From NCBI GenBank assembly GCA_016235455.1, contig JACRKZ010000134.1, forward strand, positions 1-20,509: a stretch of DNA of 20,509 nt. The letters are read 5' to 3'. This DNA comes from Armatimonadota bacterium (GTDB lineage: Bacteria; Armatimonadota; UBA10988). Positions 1 through 7,638 of this stretch are shown here, in pieces (position 1 is the stretch's first letter; every line of letters starts with the position of its first letter). The position numbers and the translations under genes were made by a program. A model generated the notes under the pieces. It searched no databases and was not told where the DNA came from. It saw nothing but the letters and a program-made list of their open reading frames with translations.

Positions 1-43
1 CGCATGACAACCCCGTCACGCATGGCCGGCCATCGCGTATGGG

Positions 44-49
44 TATACT
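44..49 (+). promoter_or_regulatory. Candidate -10 element (TATACT) for the histidine kinase gene
   Basis: AT-rich hexamer TATACT in a GC-rich background, 27 nt upstream of ATG 77. No clear -35. Confidence 0.35.
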
Positions 50-76
50 GTCACCAATCGGGCTCAGCCTGCCTCT

Positions 77-1114
77 ATGGCTGCAGCAGGCGCGAAGGAG
101 CTAGCAGCGGTGTCCTACCGGCAGTTCACCCAATGGCGTTGGTCGGGATGCGTGGTCTCCATGCTGGCGTTGGCGTTCATGCTGACGCTGGGGGTGGTGG
201 ACTACCACACCGGGCCGGAGTTCGACTTCGGCGTGTTCTACCTGGTACCCGTGGGCTTGACCGCCTGGTTCGGCAGCGTGCGACAGGCGGTGGCCATGGC
301 CTTGCTGGGCGGCATCGTCTGGGCCCATGCCGACCTGCTGTTCCTCCTGCCGGGGCCGATCATGGTCTGGCGCACGGTGGCGGGTGCGGTGACCAACCTG
401 CTCGTGGCCATCGCCTTGCGCCGGCTACGCACCGTTCAAAACCAGCGCCAGCAGATGCTGCGCTACGTCGTGCACGACCTGCGCACACCGCTGACCAGCC
501 TGATCGCCTCGCTCGGCGGACTGCAGCTCACGGCGCAGACCGGCGCGCCCAGCGACACCGCGCTGGTGGCTGGCTCGCTGGCGTCGGCCCGACGGTTGCT
601 GACCATGGTCAACTCGCTGCTCGACCTGGCCCAGTTGCAGGCCGGCCAGCTACGTCCCGACTTGCGGCCGGTGACCGCCGCCGACCTGGTGGCCGCCGCG
701 CGCGCCGACATCGACCCCTGGGCCGCCGCCGAGCGATTGACGGTGATCGTGGCCGACGGTCTGCCCGACGCCCGGTTGCTGGCCGATGCTGAGCTGACCA
801 CGCGAGTGTTGGTCAACCTGCTGGGCAATGCCATCAAGTACAGCCCACGCCACGGCCGCATCGCGCTGGGCGCCCACACCGCGCCGGGCCGCCTGGTGTT
901 CACCGTGAGCGACGAGGGATCCGGCATCCCCGAGGACTGGCGCGAGCGCATCTTCGACCCGTTCGCCAAGGTCACCGGGAACGACCGGCCCGCGGGAGCC
1001 GGGCTAGGCCTGGCCTTCGCGCGACAGGTGGTCGAGGCTCAGGATGGCGAGATCTGGGTCGATGAGCCGACGCTGGGCGGGACGACAATCGCCTTCAGCC
1101 TGCCGGCGCTGTGA
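77..1114 (+). CDS. Membrane-bound sensor histidine kinase (HisKA + HATPase_c)
   Basis: About four N-terminal hydrophobic helices; H-box VVHDLRTPLT; N-box VLVNLLGNAIKYSP; G1 DEGSGIP; F-box IFDPF; G2 GAGLGL. Start uncertain. Confidence 0.93.
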   Translation: MAAAGAKELAAVSYRQFTQWRWSGCVVSMLALAFMLTLGVVDYHTGPEFDFGVFYLVPVGLTAWFGSVRQAVAMALLGGIVWAHADLLFLLPGPIMVWRTVAGAVTNLLVAIALRRLRTVQNQRQQMLRYVVHDLRTPLTSLIASLGGLQLTAQTGAPSDTALVAGSLASARRLLTMVNSLLDLAQLQAGQLRPDLRPVTAADLVAAARADIDPWAAAERLTVIVADGLPDARLLADAELTTRVLVNLLGNAIKYSPRHGRIALGAHTAPGRLVFTVSDEGSGIPEDWRERIFDPFAKVTGNDRPAGAGLGLAFARQVVEAQDGEIWVDEPTLGGTTIAFSLPAL

Positions 1115-1146
1115 CTCCTGGCGCACCGGCACGGGTCTGGGCCACG

Positions 1147-1914
1147 TCACAGCAGCCAGTACCCACCGTCCACCACCACCTGCTGGCCGCTCATGGCCTG
1201 CGCCGCGGCCGATAGCAGCCACAACGTCACCGGCGTCACATGGGCCGGCGTCATCAACGCCTTGACGCACTGGTGCTCGATCAGCGACTCCTGGTCGGCG
1301 GGGCTGACATGCTCGGCCAGTTGCCGCTCGGTCATGATCCAGCCGGGCGACAGCAGGTTGACGCGGATGCCCTCCGGCCCGAGTTCGCGCGCCAGCGACC
1401 GGGTGAAGCCGTAGATGCCGGCCTTGGCCGCGCCGTAGCCGGTCATACCGGCGTTGCCGAACAGATAGTTGGTGCTGCCGATGTTGACCACCGCCCGACC
1501 CTCGCCGCGGCGCAGGTACGGCAGCGCGGCTTGCGTGGTCACGAAGTAGCTGCGCAGGTTGGTCGCGACAAGCTGGTCGAACTGCTCGACGGTCATGGCC
1601 TCGAACCCGATGCGGGGGTCCTGGGCGGCGTTGTTGACCAGGTAGTCGACCGCGCCGGTCAACTCGGCCGCGACGCTCACCAGGGCGCGGATCTGCTCGG
1701 GCTCGGCCAGGTCGCAGCGCACCCAGTGCGCCAACTCGCCCAGCTCCGCGGCCAGCGGCAGGCCCAGTTCGTCGCGCCGGCCGCAGAAGACGACGTGGCA
1801 GCCCAGGCTCACCAGCGACCGCGTCAGATGCTCGCCGAGCCCGGCGCTGCCGCCGGTGACCAGCGCCACACGGCCGGCAAACTCACTGGGATCGGGCAGC
1901 AGCGGTGGGGGCAT
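1147..1914 (-). CDS. Short-chain dehydrogenase/reductase, sugar (D-xylose 1-dehydrogenase-like) type
   Basis: TGGSAGLG Rossmann motif, NNAA, catalytic YGAAK, and PGWIMTERQL...QC...VVDGG resembling XylB-like aldose dehydrogenases. Start placed at ATG 1914, preceded by GAGGA, rather than at 1947. Confidence 0.9.
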   Translation of the reverse strand: MPPPLLPDPSEFAGRVALVTGGSAGLGEHLTRSLVSLGCHVVFCGRRDELGLPLAAELGELAHWVRCDLAEPEQIRALVSVAAELTGAVDYLVNNAAQDPRIGFEAMTVEQFDQLVATNLRSYFVTTQAALPYLRRGEGRAVVNIGSTNYLFGNAGMTGYGAAKAGIYGFTRSLARELGPEGIRVNLLSPGWIMTERQLAEHVSPADQESLIEHQCVKALMTPAHVTPVTLWLLSAAAQAMSGQQVVVDGGYWLL

Positions 1915-1925
1915 GACAGACGTCC

Positions 1926-2981
1926 TCAGTCGCACTCGGTCGGGCACACCAGCACCTTGTTGCGGTCACCGCCGGCCATGATCTCGACCGCCTCGTCGAT
2001 CTCGCTGAGCGTGAGGCGATGGGTGATGATCCGCTCGGGGTCGACCAGCCGGTGCGTCATCAGGTCGATGGCGTGGATCATGGCCTCGGGGTTGGTGCCG
2101 AAGCTGGCGTCCATGCGGCCTTCGAGGAAGTGCGTGAGCCCGCCATCGAGCTCGAACGTCTCGTGGGTGGTGATGCCGAAGACGTTCCAGCGCGTGCCAC
2201 GGCGGCGCAGGCGCACCATCAGCTCCACCGCGTGGATGGGCCCGGCCGCCTCGACCACCAGGTCGGGGCCGTTGGGCATGATGTCGTAGACCTGCTCGTA
2301 GGGGTCGGCCACCACGGGGTCGACGCCGTGGGTGGCGCCGCAAGCCAGCGCATGGCGCCGCGCGAACGGACTGGGGTCGATGGCCACCACCCGACCAGCG
2401 CCGGCCGCGCGCGCCACCATGGCGCACAACAGGCCGATGCCGCCGACGCCGATGATCACCACATCCTCGCCCAGCCGCAGCTCGCTGGCCCGGATGACGC
2501 CTTTCCAGGCACCAGACAGCGGCTCGGTGAGCGCCGCCGCGGCATAGGACACCTCGGGCGGCTTGTGATAGAGGCTGCACTGCTCGGTCTTCATGTACTC
2601 GGCAAACGCGCCAGGCCGCACATCGTCCGGACCGTCGCCGCCGGTGGTCCAGGCCTGGTCGCAGTAGTGCGTGCGGCCCAGCCGGCAGTTCCGGCAATGG
2701 CCACAGAAGCCCGACGGGGCCACGATGACCGGGTCGCCGACCCGGAAGCGGGTCACGCCCGGCCCGACCTCGGTCACCACGCCACTGGGCTCGTGGCCGG
2801 GGATGAAGGGGAAGGTCACATTGCGCCGCAGGCCGCGAATGGCCTTGTAGTCGGTGGCGCAGAAGCCGCAGGCGGCGATCTTGACGACCACCTCGCCAAT
2901 GCCCTCGGCGCGCGGTCGCGGCACCTGCTCCAGGCGCAGATCATCAAAATCGTGCAGCACGGCGGCGAGCATGGTGTTCAT
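1926..2981 (-). CDS. Zn-dependent medium-chain alcohol/polyol dehydrogenase
   Basis: Catalytic Zn motifs GFCATD and GHE; structural Zn CGHCRNC...C; GVGGIG NAD motif; RBS GAGGTG. Confidence 0.93.
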   Translation of the reverse strand: MNTMLAAVLHDFDDLRLEQVPRPRAEGIGEVVVKIAACGFCATDYKAIRGLRRNVTFPFIPGHEPSGVVTEVGPGVTRFRVGDPVIVAPSGFCGHCRNCRLGRTHYCDQAWTTGGDGPDDVRPGAFAEYMKTEQCSLYHKPPEVSYAAAALTEPLSGAWKGVIRASELRLGEDVVIIGVGGIGLLCAMVARAAGAGRVVAIDPSPFARRHALACGATHGVDPVVADPYEQVYDIMPNGPDLVVEAAGPIHAVELMVRLRRRGTRWNVFGITTHETFELDGGLTHFLEGRMDASFGTNPEAMIHAIDLMTHRLVDPERIITHRLTLSEIDEAVEIMAGGDRNKVLVCPTECD

Positions 2982-2985
2982 GGCA

Positions 2986-3759
2986 TCACCTCAAGGTCGG
3001 GTCGAGCGGACGGCGGTCACGCGCGGCGACCGGGTGGTCCAGGTCGCGGACAGCCATGTCGCGGTAGCGCACGCGCAGCTTGTCGCCAGTATGCAGCTGC
3101 AGGGCGATGTGGCCGCGCTGGCCGACGCGCCGAGCCTGATGGGTCGCGTCGTCGAGCACGCCGGCGCCGTTCCAGGCCATGATGAGCGCGCCGTTGAGCC
3201 GCGCGCTCAGCCGCGTGCCGATGGCCGTGATCTCGAGCTGGTTCCAACCCGGTGGTTGGTCGCTGTAGTAGAACGGCACACCGGGCAATGCCTGGCTCTC
3301 ATCGACCCAGGTGCCTTTCGGGATCTCGGGCCACAGCCAGCGCTGGTTGCCCCGGGTCTCGTCCCAGACCATACCAGTACGCCAGGGGCCGGGCGGGTTG
3401 ACGTCGATCTGCGGACCGTCCATCCAGCGCGCCTCGTCGTCGTAGCGACTGCGCACCTGCACACCGGTGTTGCCGGGGCTCTCGCGGAAGGCCTGGAAGG
3501 CGCAGCGAAACACGAAGTCGCCGTACTCGCCGTCGCTCTGCAGCCAGACGTAGTTGTGTCCGCCGTCGGTCAGCGAGTTGATCTCGACGGTGCCGTCGAC
3601 CAGCTTGATGTATGGCTTGCCCTCGTCGGCCCGGACGCACTTGATGCTCCAGCCGGCCAGCGAGCGGCCGTCGAACAGCGGCTGCCAGGGCACGTCGTCG
3701 GGTGGCATTGCCACCGCGATGCCACCGCAGAGCAACGAAACATACCACCAGCGCCCCAT
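2986..3759 (-). CDS. DUF1080 (3-keto-disaccharide hydrolase/3-keto-glycal hydratase family), secreted
   Basis: Signal peptide MGRWWYVSLLCGGIAVA; motifs WQPLFDGRSLAGW, GNTGVQVRS, WNQLEI, GHIALQLH, RVRYRD; RBS GGAG. Confidence 0.9.
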   Translation of the reverse strand: MGRWWYVSLLCGGIAVAMPPDDVPWQPLFDGRSLAGWSIKCVRADEGKPYIKLVDGTVEINSLTDGGHNYVWLQSDGEYGDFVFRCAFQAFRESPGNTGVQVRSRYDDEARWMDGPQIDVNPPGPWRTGMVWDETRGNQRWLWPEIPKGTWVDESQALPGVPFYYSDQPPGWNQLEITAIGTRLSARLNGALIMAWNGAGVLDDATHQARRVGQRGHIALQLHTGDKLRVRYRDMAVRDLDHPVAARDRRPLDPTLR

Positions 3760-3785
3760 GCCGTGTCTCCGGGCGCCAGTATAGA

Positions 3786-4256
3786 TCAGCGCGGGGGTCG
3801 CTGTCGTTCGCAGTACAAGCTATCGTCGGGCTCGTGGCAGGTGTGGTCGCGCAGCGTGACGAAGCCGAAGCTCTCGTACAGCGCGCGCGCGCGGGAGTTG
3901 ATCTTGAAGACCGACAGCCGCACTGTCGGCAGGTCGTGCTCGTCGGCCCAGTCGACGGCGGCGGCCATCATGCGGCGGCCCCAGCCCTGGCCATGGACTC
4001 GTTCGCGCAGGCCGATGCCGAACTCGGGCGGCGGCTCATTCAGGGCGCGCAGGAAGACATGGCCCTCGATCTCGTCGGCGGCGTTGACCAGACCCCAACT
4101 GACCTGATGGCTGCCGGCCAGGAAGGTGACCAGCACCGCTTCATCCACCGGCTGGAACGGGCCGAAGACGTACACCGTCTCGGGCCGCAGCGAGCGGTAG
4201 AAGTCGGCCAGTGCGGCGGTGTCGGCGGCGGTCAGCGGGCGGATGCTGTAGTCCAT
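3786..4256 (-). CDS. GNAT family N-acetyltransferase
   Basis: Motif A HGQGWGRRMM; motif B VFKINSRARALYESFGF; 4 nt after the permease stop. Confidence 0.9.
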   Translation of the reverse strand: MDYSIRPLTAADTAALADFYRSLRPETVYVFGPFQPVDEAVLVTFLAGSHQVSWGLVNAADEIEGHVFLRALNEPPPEFGIGLRERVHGQGWGRRMMAAAVDWADEHDLPTVRLSVFKINSRARALYESFGFVTLRDHTCHEPDDSLYCERQRPPR

Positions 4257-4260
4257 GGTC

Positions 4261-5088
4261 TCACTTCACCGCGCCGGCGGTCAGGCCCTTGACCACTTGG
4301 CGCTGCATGGCCACGTAGACCGCCGTGATGGGCAGCGACAGCACCACCGAGCCGGCGAACAGATGGCCCCAGTTCTTCACGTACTGATCCTGCATGAACG
4401 CGTACATCTGCACGAAGGCCAGTTGTCCGCGGCCGGGGCCCATGATAACAAAGGCCTGGATGAAGTCGTTCCAGATCCACAGGCCCCAGAAGATGATGAC
4501 CGTCAGCGTACACGGCCAAAGCAGCGGGAAGATGATCCGCCAGAACAGGCGGAACGGCCCGCAGCCGTCGATGGCGGCGGCCTCCTCCAGCGCGACGGGC
4601 ACGGTGACGATGAAGGCCGAGTAGATGAAGATGCACAGCGGCAGGCCCCACGACACGTAGTGCAGCCACAGCGCCCACCAGGTGTTGGCCAGGCCGACCA
4701 TCAGGAACAGCTTGACCAGCGGGATCATGATGGCCTGGAAGGGGATGGTCAGCCCCAGCAGCAGGAACGCGCGCCAGAACGGCGCCGAGCGCATCGCGCG
4801 GCGGTTGAGCCCGTAGGCGGCCATCGGTCCGAGCGTGACCATGGCGCCGATGACCGCCAGCGACATGAGCAGGCTGTTGAGCATGGGCCGGGCCAGATGC
4901 AGCCCGCCGAAGATGAAGCGGTAGCTCTCGGTGGTAGCCGGCCGGGGCAGCGCCAGGGGCGAGGCGATGATCTGCGCGTTGGACTTGAGCGAGTTGAGCA
5001 GCGCCAGCAGCACCGGTGCCACGAAGATCAGGCCGATGACGAGCATGAGCAGGTCATACAGCTGTTGCCGGCGGCGACGCGTGATCAT
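4261..5088 (-). CDS. Carbohydrate ABC transporter permease (MalG-like)
   Basis: About six TM segments; EAA loop VPVALEEAAAIDGC; WNDF; C-terminal GLTAGAVK; 4-bp overlap with the upstream permease. Confidence 0.95.
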   Translation of the reverse strand: MITRRRRQQLYDLLMLVIGLIFVAPVLLALLNSLKSNAQIIASPLALPRPATTESYRFIFGGLHLARPMLNSLLMSLAVIGAMVTLGPMAAYGLNRRAMRSAPFWRAFLLLGLTIPFQAIMIPLVKLFLMVGLANTWWALWLHYVSWGLPLCIFIYSAFIVTVPVALEEAAAIDGCGPFRLFWRIIFPLLWPCTLTVIIFWGLWIWNDFIQAFVIMGPGRGQLAFVQMYAFMQDQYVKNWGHLFAGSVVLSLPITAVYVAMQRQVVKGLTAGAVK

Positions 5089-6113
5089 AGCTCCACCTGC
5101 CTGCGCCGCAGGGCCGTGGCCTGCACGATGGCAATGGCCGCCAGCAGCACGAAGACCACGAAGCTGACCGCCGAGGCATAGCCCTGCCGGTTATTCAGCC
5201 GGCCCAGATGATAGATGTAGTAGCCCAGCGTGAAGGTCTGCGTGCCCGGCCCGCCTTGGGTGGTGACCACCACCTGGCCGAACAGGTTGATGCCATTGAT
5301 CAGCGCCAGCACCGAGTTGGTGAGCACCGTGGGCATGAGCAGCGGGAACTGGATGGCGCGGAACACCGCCAGCGGCCCGGCGCCGTCCAGCGCGGCGGCC
5401 TCGTAGAGGTCCTCGGGGATGGCCTGGAGATTGGCCAGGTAGAGCGTGGTGAAGAAGCCCATGCTGGTCCAGGCCACCAACGCGAAGATGGTCCACGGCG
5501 CCCAGGTGGGCGACATGAGCCAATCCTGCTGCCAGGCGCTCAGGCCCATCCAGGCCAGCGCCTTGTTGATGGCGCCTTCGCGGTAGTTGCCCAGGTAGAG
5601 GAACAACAGGCTGCTGACCAGCAGCGACAGCACGAACGGGTAGAAGAACAGGCCGCGCACCAGGCCCACGCGGTGTTTGACGCGGTCGAGCAGCACCGCC
5701 AGCACCATCGCGCCGAAGGTGAAGGTCAGCACGATGAGCAGCGTCTCGAACAGCGTGAAGCCCAGCGCGCTGCGACGGAAGGCGGTCACGCTCTGGAAGT
5801 TGGCGAAGACCGGGTCGTGGGCCAGTTCGGCATAGTTGGCCAGGCCCACGAACTTCGCGCCCAGGAACGCTTCGCAGCCGGCGCGCGCCGCGCCACCGTC
5901 GAGCCGCGCCAGCCCGCCCAGCGCGGCGCCCAGATCGCTCGCCTGGCCGCCGCCCGACCAGCCGCTCCAGTCGGTCAGGCCGTAGGCGAAGCCCAGCAGC
6001 GCCGGGCCGATGACGAAGGCCAGGTACAGTGCAATGGCCGGCCCGCAGAAGACCAGCGAGACCAGCGACTCGCGACGGCGGCGTTTCACTTGGACTTGCG
6101 GGCGTCGTCCCAC
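5085..6113 (-). CDS. Carbohydrate ABC transporter permease (MalF/UgpA-like)
   Basis: FVGLANY; EAA loop IPEDLYEAAALDGA; TQGGPG; GYASA. GTG start overlaps the SBP 3' end. Confidence 0.93.
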   Translation of the reverse strand: MGRRPQVQVKRRRRESLVSLVFCGPAIALYLAFVIGPALLGFAYGLTDWSGWSGGGQASDLGAALGGLARLDGGAARAGCEAFLGAKFVGLANYAELAHDPVFANFQSVTAFRRSALGFTLFETLLIVLTFTFGAMVLAVLLDRVKHRVGLVRGLFFYPFVLSLLVSSLLFLYLGNYREGAINKALAWMGLSAWQQDWLMSPTWAPWTIFALVAWTSMGFFTTLYLANLQAIPEDLYEAAALDGAGPLAVFRAIQFPLLMPTVLTNSVLALINGINLFGQVVVTTQGGPGTQTFTLGYYIYHLGRLNNRQGYASAVSFVVFVLLAAIAIVQATALRRRQVEL

Positions 6114-7465
6114 GCCTTATCCAACTCGCCGAGCAGCTTCGGCACGTCCTTCTCGCCGGTCAGCACGGTCTGCATGAGCCTCATGCAGGCGTCCTCAAAG
6201 CCTTGCGGCCACTGGTCCTCGAGCGAGCGGTACCCGCCGCGTGTGGTGCCGTACTTCTTGACGTTGGCGGCCATGTCGGCGACGAAGCCCTTGGCGGCGA
6301 CATGCTCGGTCTTGGGCCCGGTCACGCCGGCCACCTTGGTCGCCGTGGGCAGCATGGCCTCGCCGTTGAGCCACAGTTGGTAGACCGCCGGGTCGTACAA
6401 CGCCTCGCACACGGCCAGCGCCTTGGCCTGCTTCTCGCCAACCGCCGAGGTGGTGATGGCCCAGCCGGTCTGCATCGAGGAGCTGGTGACGAAGATCGGC
6501 GCGCGCCCCTCAACCGAGGGCAGCGGCCAGTAGGCCACCTCGGCGGAGACGTTGTTCGGCTCCAGATCGCCACCGATCCAGCAGCCCATGATCCAGGTCG
6601 CTGACTGCCCGCCGTAGAAGTCGCGCTTGCCCTCGTCGTAGCCGTCGCTCAGCACGCCCTTGCCGGCGTACTTGCCCACCAGCCCGATGACCTTCTCCAG
6701 CACCCGGTTGGCCACCGGATCGGCGGCGAAGGTGGCCTTGCCCTGGTCGCGCAGCAGCGTGAAGGAAGGCTTGTCCGGCTCGGGATCGCCGGTGGTATAG
6801 GGGTACAGGTTGGCGTGGAGCAGGAAGGTCAGCGGCACCGACGCGCACCAGTCTTTGGCGCCGTAGGTCAGTGGCCGGGCGCCCTGGGCGGCCAGCTTGT
6901 CCAGCCCGGCGGCGAACTCGTCGAAGTTGCGCGGCGGCTCGGTGACGCCGATGGACGCCCACAGCTTACGGTTGACCGCCATGCCCAGCACCTGCAGGCC
7001 GCCCATGGTGGCGTAGCGCTTGCCCTTGTACGGCGTGGGCAGCGGCAGCCCGAACTTGGTGTAGTAGTCGTCGGGCAGCGGCACGATGTGGCCGTTGTCG
7101 GCCAGGTGCTTGGTCAGGTTCCAGGTCTGAATGACCTCGGGTAGGTCGCCACTGGCGATGCGCGACTGGTAGAACTCGGTACCGGCGCTGTCACCGACGT
7201 TGACCAACTCCATGGTCCACCCGGGATTGGCCTTCTCGAACGCGGCCTTCCAGGCGTCCCAGTGCTTCTGGAACCCTTCGCGGCTGCCCACGTTGCGCAC
7301 CACGCGGATGACCCGGTCGCCCTTGGCCGCGCCGGCCCCCGGGCCGGCGGCGGCGGGCTTGGCGGCACCAGCCGGCGCTGGCGAAGCCGGTGGCGTCTTG
7401 GGGGCACACGCGCCCAGCAGGACAGCCACAGCCACGCAGGCCCAAATCCGCGCAGAGCAGAACAT
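6086..7465 (-). CDS. Carbohydrate ABC transporter extracellular solute-binding lipoprotein
   Basis: Lipobox LLGA-C, Pro/Ala-rich linker, AFEKANPG, ASGDLPEV, MGCW (family 1 SBP features). Start at ATG 7465, preceded by CAGGAG. Confidence 0.9.
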   Translation of the reverse strand: MFCSARIWACVAVAVLLGACAPKTPPASPAPAGAAKPAAAGPGAGAAKGDRVIRVVRNVGSREGFQKHWDAWKAAFEKANPGWTMELVNVGDSAGTEFYQSRIASGDLPEVIQTWNLTKHLADNGHIVPLPDDYYTKFGLPLPTPYKGKRYATMGGLQVLGMAVNRKLWASIGVTEPPRNFDEFAAGLDKLAAQGARPLTYGAKDWCASVPLTFLLHANLYPYTTGDPEPDKPSFTLLRDQGKATFAADPVANRVLEKVIGLVGKYAGKGVLSDGYDEGKRDFYGGQSATWIMGCWIGGDLEPNNVSAEVAYWPLPSVEGRAPIFVTSSSMQTGWAITTSAVGEKQAKALAVCEALYDPAVYQLWLNGEAMLPTATKVAGVTGPKTEHVAAKGFVADMAANVKKYGTTRGGYRSLEDQWPQGFEDACMRLMQTVLTGEKDVPKLLGELDKAWDDARKSK

Positions 7466-7506
7466 GACGATCTCCTGACCCAAAGATGGCCGCCCCAGCC
7501 GCTAAC

Positions 7507-7535
7507 AGCCTACCCAAGCCGACGCCGCGCGTCAA
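7507..7535 (-). promoter_or_regulatory. Sigma70-type promoter of the sugar ABC operon
   Basis: Minus strand TTGACG (7535-7530), 17-nt spacer, TAGGCT (7512-7507), about 40 nt upstream of the SBP start. Confidence 0.7.
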
Positions 7536-7556
7536 GGGCAATCGTTAGCGTTGCCC
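7536..7556. promoter_or_regulatory. Inverted repeat / LacI-type operator candidate
   Basis: GGGCAA-TCGTTAGCG-TTGCCC abuts the -35 and contains the CG-centred GTTAGCGTTGCC. A matching half-site CGCTAACA lies at 7500-7507. Confidence 0.5.
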
Positions 7557-7584
7557 CACTGGCGCGAGCGCGGCGCAAATGGCA

Positions 7585-7619
7585 ACGGAGCCCTCCGCCG
7601 CGAGGGCGAAGGGCTCCGT
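7585..7619 (-). terminator. Stem-loop downstream of the Pat-like gene (probable terminator)
   Basis: ACGGAGCCCT (7585-7594) pairs with AGGGCTCCGT (7610-7619), extended by an inner CGCC/GGCG; about 20 nt after the stop codon; weak U-tract. Confidence 0.65.
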
Positions 7620-7638
7620 CGACGCTGCTGGGTCGTGC

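Noticed and set aside
1240-6383. Several 300-420 aa plus-strand ORFs over the sugar operon
   Set aside because: Antisense shadows of well-supported minus-strand genes.
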